Source: Candidatus Hydrogenedentota bacterium
GTDB lineage: Bacteria; Hydrogenedentota; Hydrogenedentia; Hydrogenedentales; SLHB01
Reading direction: 5' to 3'
Assembly (NCBI GenBank): GCA_045863335.1
Contig: BTVY01000003.1
Coordinates: 64,001-128,000, forward strand
Length of the DNA stretch: 64,000 nt
Below the pieces are notes generated by a model, which saw only the letters and a program-made list of their open reading frames with translations, was not told the origin of the DNA and did not search any database. Positions 59,690 through 64,000 of the stretch are shown here, piece by piece. Within the stretch, counting starts at the first letter, position 1; the number at the start of each line of letters is the position of its first letter. Made by a program: the position numbers and the translations under genes.

Positions 59690-59987
59690 CGTGCAGCGTG
59701 CTCCACCGTTCCGACCCCTCCGCCAGGGCTTCGCGACCCTTGGCCGTGATGTAGTAATACTTCCGGCGACGCCCGACCTCGGACTCCTGCCACTGCGACC
59801 GCACGAGCCCTTCCTTCTCCAGCTTGTGTAGGACCGGGTACATGGTCCCTTCCTGCCAGACGAAGGTTCCGTCGGCCTCCGTATTGACCTCTTTGATGAT
59901 CTCGTACCCGTAGCTGGACTTCTTGGCGAGGACCGTCAACACGAGTATCCGCGTACTCGCGCCCAGCAATTCTTTGTCGAAGTTCAT
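59652..59987 (-). CDS. PadR-family transcriptional regulator
   Basis: SYGYEII, EGTMYPVLHKLEKEGL, RRRKYYYITAKG. Confidence 0.93.
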   Translation of the reverse strand: MNFDKELLGASTRILVLTVLAKKSSYGYEIIKEVNTEADGTFVWQEGTMYPVLHKLEKEGLVRSQWQESEVGRRRKYYYITAKGREALAEGSERWSTLHGMMLRLAEDTHG

Positions 59988-60001
59988 GGCATTGGCTCCT
60001 G

Positions 60002-60041
60002 TACCTAGAAGTACTATACCAAGAACTGCAAGGGTTGTCAA
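60002..60041 (-). promoter_or_regulatory. padR promoter TTGACA-N17-TATAGT with overlapping imperfect palindrome (candidate PadR operator)
   Basis: Minus-strand hexamers at 60041-60036 and 60018-60013; ATAG-TACTT-CTAG dyad. Confidence 0.65.
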
Positions 60042-60061
60042 GCGGTATTCAGAAATGACAT

Positions 60062-60237
60062 TGAGGTGCGGTTGAGGTGCAACGAGGTGCCACGGGCTTC
60101 CAGCCCGTGATCCTTCATGGGCGGAAACGCCCATCCCTCTTCAATCGAACCAACAAGGGAACGCGAATGCCCCGCACCGAAGACATGGCCTGGAAGGCCA
60201 TGGCACCTCGAATCATGGGCGGGAAGCCCATGCCAAC
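60062..60237. repeat. REP-like doublet element copy 3
   Basis: 60081-60148 identical to 57358-57425 (68 bp); inverted CATGGCCTGGAAGGCCATGGCACCTC. Confidence 0.85.
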
Positions 60238-60242
60238 TCGGG

Positions 60243-61193
60243 TCATAAATCGGGACGAATTGACTTCAGGAGAGATACGTTGCGCCGCATGCCGCGATGT
60301 TTCGCGCGAAGGATGGGAGTCCCGGAGAACTCTTCCCGAAAGGCATCCTCATCGATTTCAGAAATCCAATCCGGGTCGAGGTTCGCATGTCCGGGACGAG
60401 GATGAAAATCAGCCACGTCCGTCTCACTTGCTTTGCGATTCCACGGGCACACGTCCTGACAGATATCGCAACCGAAGACCCAGCCATCAAAACTCGACCG
60501 CAACTCGTTCGGGATTTCCCCGCGATTCTCGATGGTTTGGTAGGAAATGCAACGACGCGAATCGACGACTCCCGTTTCCACAATTGCATCGGTTGGACAC
60601 GCATCGATGCACGCGCGGCAGCTACCGCACTGGTCCGGCACCGGCGAATCCGGCTTCAGTTCCACCGTCGTAAGGATTGTCCCCAGGAAGAACCAGGACC
60701 CCAAATCGCGGCGTAGCACGAGACTGTTCTTGCCGATCCAGCCAATGCCGGCACGCGCGGCCCACGCCCGTTCCAGCACCGGACCGCTGTCGATGCTGCA
60801 GTAGGTCTGCACGCCATCTTCGAGGGTTTCGATGAACCGTGCCAACCGGCGCAGCGGCTTCAACATGACGCGGTGATAATCCCGCCCCCACGCGTACCGC
60901 GCCACTTTCCCAGCACCCTCTTCCGCGTCCGGACGCGGCGCATAGTAGTTTCGCGCAACCACGACCACGGATTTAGTGCCCGGCAATTTCTTCTGCACGT
61001 CCTGCCGGATGTCGCGCGTGCGCTCCATCCAGTCCATATCTGCATGATAGCCCTTGCGCAGCCACTCGCCAAGACGGTCTTCGGGATCAATTGGCGTAGC
61101 CGCAGCGATACCGCACGCGTCGAAGCGCTCTTCGCGCGCGCGTTGTTGGATAAGAATTGTGTGGAGCGAGCTCTTGGAAGGCGAGTTTCGCAT
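60243..61193 (-). CDS. queG: Epoxyqueuosine reductase
   Basis: ARYAWGRDYH, GKNS, CGSCRACIDACPT, RRCISY, FGCDICQDVCPWN. Confidence 0.95.
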   Translation of the reverse strand: MRNSPSKSSLHTILIQQRAREERFDACGIAAATPIDPEDRLGEWLRKGYHADMDWMERTRDIRQDVQKKLPGTKSVVVVARNYYAPRPDAEEGAGKVARYAWGRDYHRVMLKPLRRLARFIETLEDGVQTYCSIDSGPVLERAWAARAGIGWIGKNSLVLRRDLGSWFFLGTILTTVELKPDSPVPDQCGSCRACIDACPTDAIVETGVVDSRRCISYQTIENRGEIPNELRSSFDGWVFGCDICQDVCPWNRKASETDVADFHPRPGHANLDPDWISEIDEDAFREEFSGTPILRAKHRGMRRNVSLLKSIRPDL

Positions 61194-61211
61194 GGTCTCA
61201 TTGGAGTCCCT

Positions 61212-61310
61212 TTATGGACAGTATGGACGACATGGACTCTATGGACATTATGCCTCTGGCAATGCTCTGCGGCCTGTCCATATCGTCCATTTAGTCCATA
61301 CCGTCCATAA
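61212..61310. repeat. Inverted array of 9-nt-period ATGGAC/GTCCAT units
   Basis: 4x ATGGAC followed by 4x GTCCAT. Confidence 0.8.
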
Positions 61311-61368
61311 ACCGATCTCAGCAGGCGGAGACATGCTCTGAGCGCTATGAACGCGCACTCGCTTCGAT

Positions 61369-62097
61369 TTATCGCAAATTCACCCGCGCGCCGTACAACT
61401 CGATCATGCGGCGGTTCCATTCGTCGCCGCCGGGCAGGTTCGCGGTCTTGAACACGGGCGGTTCGGCGCCGCTTTCCGCGAACCGGCGCGACACGCCATA
61501 GACGATCTGCTCCACGATCGCGATGCCCACAAGGCTCGATGTGGGACCCGTCATGAGATCGGTTCCGGGAATCGGCAAGGCCGCGTCTCCCGGTCCGCCG
61601 CAATTATCGATGACCACGTCGCAGATCTCGTAGAGTTTCTTGTCCTGTCCCGCGCCGTATTTCGCGGCCCTCGATTGCTCCAACGAGGTAATCGCGACGG
61701 TCTTGATCCCGCGTCCCTTCGCGATGAGCGCCATCTCCACCGGGACGGCGTTTTTCCCGCTCGTCGAAACGATGGTCAACACTTCTCCGGCGCGGATGTC
61801 CTGCTTATCGAGCACCACCTTCGCGAGCCCTGGCAGGCGCTCGAGGTCGGTGCTGGTGATCGGTCCTTCATGTTGCATGAGCGCGGGGAAGAGGATGGCA
61901 TTCACCGGCACCAAACCGCCCGCGCGGTAGTACACCTCCTCGCCGATGAAATGGGAGTGCCCCGTGCCGAAAATGTGCCAGACGCCGCCGTCCAACAGGC
62001 TCTCCGCCACCAGACTAATCGCGGCGTCGATGGTTTTGGCCTGCGTTTGTTCTACTTGTTCCAGAATTTTGCGTGCGATGGAAAAGAATTCGAGCAT
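61369..62097 (-). CDS. SIS-domain (sugar isomerase) protein
   Basis: FGTGHS, YRAGGL, STSGKNAVPVEMA, PPVFKTAN. Confidence 0.88.
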   Translation of the reverse strand: MLEFFSIARKILEQVEQTQAKTIDAAISLVAESLLDGGVWHIFGTGHSHFIGEEVYYRAGGLVPVNAILFPALMQHEGPITSTDLERLPGLAKVVLDKQDIRAGEVLTIVSTSGKNAVPVEMALIAKGRGIKTVAITSLEQSRAAKYGAGQDKKLYEICDVVIDNCGGPGDAALPIPGTDLMTGPTSSLVGIAIVEQIVYGVSRRFAESGAEPPVFKTANLPGGDEWNRRMIELYGARVNLR

Positions 62098-62196
62098 GAT
62101 GGTCAATACCTCCGATGGATTAGTATACCGAACGTTGCGGACTTTTGTTAGCATGCGCCTTACAACGACGCGGCCGGATGCAATGGAGGGTACGAA

Positions 62197-64000
62197 ATGC
62201 CGGGGAATCGTCGAAGTTTCTTCAAACGCGTGCTGGGCTTGTTCGGCGGAGGCGGCTTGCTGTCGGTCCCAACATCGGCCGCAGATCATCCTGGTGAGAC
62301 AGCGGGGGAGCACGCGGCGCCGGATCCCGCGGCAACACACGTGCTGCTCGACGGTCAAAGCACTGATGTCCATACGGACCTGGACTTCGACCTCGTCATC
62401 GTCGGCGGAGGCATCGCCGGAACCACGGCCGCCATCAGCGCGGCGCGTAACGGCGTGAAAGTTGCCCTGGTGCATGAGCGTTCCATGCTCGGCGGCAATT
62501 CCTCCAGCGAGGTGAAGCTCGTCCCCGAGAATATTGCGGGACATCGCGCGTGGGTGAAAGAAATGGGCATCCACGACGAGTTCCACACGGAAGAACGCGT
62601 GCGCGATCATCAGGTCGGCCGCGAGGGCCTCATGAACTGCCACTGGGATCTGGTCCTATATGAGAAGGTCATCCTGGAACCCAACATTACGCTGTTTCTC
62701 AATACCCACATGCACCGCGTTACCATGCGCGACTCGGCTCGTATCGATTCCATCTACTGCATCCAACTGGGTTCCGAACGAACCTTTACGCTTCGCGCGC
62801 CGCTTTTCCTCGACGCCACCGGCGATGGCGTGCTGGCCCACCGCGCCGGAGCGGAATGCCGCTGGGGCCGTGAAGCGCGAGCGGAGTTCGGCGAAGAGGC
62901 CGCGCCGGAAGCGCCCGACGACAAGAAGATGGGTAGCACGCTCTTCTTCCGCGCCATGGACACGGGACGTCCGGTACCGTTTGCGCGACCCGAGTGGGCA
63001 GCGGAGTTTCCCACCGAGGACGACTTGTACAAGCGCGGACATTCCCACATCGAAGGCGGGTACTGGTGGATCGAAGTCGGCACGCCGTACCACCAAATCC
63101 ATGACAACAACGCCATGACCCACGAAGCGTTGCGGCAATTGCTCGGCGTCTGGGATCACATCAAGAATCGCGGCGACCACGGCGCTGAGAACTACGGGCT
63201 GGAATTCGTCGGCTGGTGGCCGTACAAGCGCGAGTGCCGCCGGATCATGGGGGACTACGTCATTTCGCAGCAACATCTCCAGAATCCGAAACTCCTCGAC
63301 GACGCGGTCGCCTACGGCGCGTGGAGCATCGATATTCACACGCAAGGCGGTGTGCTCGCTCGGGATCAGATTCCCTGCCCGCCGCTGCGGAACGACGAGT
63401 ATTGGGACGAGGTAAGCACCTACCCTTACGGCATTCCCCTCCGCGCGCTCTACTCGAAGAATGTCGACAACCTCATGATGGCGGGTCGGCCGATCAGTTG
63501 TTCCTACGTGGGGTTCTCATCGTCCCGCGTACTCTCGACCGGCTGCATCGTCGGACAAGCTGTGGGTGTGGCGGCCGCTGTATGCATCAAGCGCGGTGCA
63601 TCTCCCCGTGGCGTGGCGCGGCGTCACGCGCGCGAAGTGCAACAACTCATCCTTAAACAGGACGGCCACATTCCCGGGGTCGCCAATGAAGATCCCAACG
63701 ACCTCGCCCGGCAGGCAAAGGTTACCGCAAGCAGCAGCGCGGCACTGCACTTTCCCGAAGGGGCCGAACCTTTCGATCTTTCCTTTCCCCACGCGCAGAT
63801 ATTCCCGGTTTCCGGCGATCGTGTCGATGAAATTGCGTTGTTCCTTGAGTCAGAACTCTACGTGGATACAAAAGTCTCACTCACGCTGCGAGAAGCCCCG
63901 CACGTGTGGGATTTTCGCGCGACCGAGGACCTGGCGAGCGCGACTGGCGTTGTGCCGGCGCGATCGCGCGGTTGGGTGACCTTTCCGATGAACGTTCGCG
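62197..64000 (+). CDS. Tat-exported FAD-dependent oxidoreductase (runs off the window)
   Basis: GGAGG RBS, NRRSFFK Tat motif, DLVIVGGGIAG...AARNG...LGGNSSSE, FLDATGDG; absent from the ORF track, presumably because no stop lies within the window. Confidence 0.88.
   Translation, partial: MPGNRRSFFKRVLGLFGGGGLLSVPTSAADHPGETAGEHAAPDPAATHVLLDGQSTDVHTDLDFDLVIVGGGIAGTTAAISAARNGVKVALVHERSMLGGNSSSEVKLVPENIAGHRAWVKEMGIHDEFHTEERVRDHQVGREGLMNCHWDLVLYEKVILEPNITLFLNTHMHRVTMRDSARIDSIYCIQLGSERTFTLRAPLFLDATGDGVLAHRAGAECRWGREARAEFGEEAAPEAPDDKKMGSTLFFRAMDTGRPVPFARPEWAAEFPTEDDLYKRGHSHIEGGYWWIEVGTPYHQIHDNNAMTHEALRQLLGVWDHIKNRGDHGAENYGLEFVGWWPYKRECRRIMGDYVISQQHLQNPKLLDDAVAYGAWSIDIHTQGGVLARDQIPCPPLRNDEYWDEVSTYPYGIPLRALYSKNVDNLMMAGRPISCSYVGFSSSRVLSTGCIVGQAVGVAAAVCIKRGASPRGVARRHAREVQQLILKQDGHIPGVANEDPNDLARQAKVTASSSAALHFPEGAEPFDLSFPHAQIFPVSGDRVDEIALFLESELYVDTKVSLTLREAPHVWDFRATEDLASATGVVPARSRGWVTFPMNVR

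Overview
64-kb GC-rich bacterial chromosomal window. The DUF1559/prepilin-like gene with an NHxPGGxNVLxMDGHVE motif and the Tat-exported sulfatase and oxidoreductases suggest a PVC-like or Ca. Hydrogenedentota-like organism (inference). The left part has a FecR-OmpA-CHASE2 adenylate cyclase-cNMP/HD-GYP signalling cluster, a decayed tyrosine integrase and tRNA-Arg(CCT). A complete type II-C CRISPR-Cas9 locus follows (short tracrRNA, cas9, cas1, cas2, 45 x 37-nt repeats), lying between the tRNA and a duplicate of its 3' half as an integrase-less att-bounded cassette. Each repeat encodes a full TTGACC-N17-TACAAT sigma70-type promoter. The middle part has several unannotated small-peptide genes (including a tandem paralogous MKH...PAxA / C-x15-C pair), a LacI/DUF1559/sulfatase module, bacterioferritin, an ExbB-ExbD-TPR-(TonB-like vWA) module, and a bacillithiol cluster with an NmbA-like methyltransferase. 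A long housekeeping run follows (hpf-hprK-rapZ-ptsH-ptsI-dxr-rseP-lysC-pyk). The right part has hydrolases, a cytochrome c, an animal-type haem peroxidase, a PadR gene with two membrane proteins that share a duplicated N-terminus and are flanked by REP-like elements, queG, an SIS protein and a truncated Tat FAD oxidoreductase. All calls come from motif recognition by eye; no searches were run.
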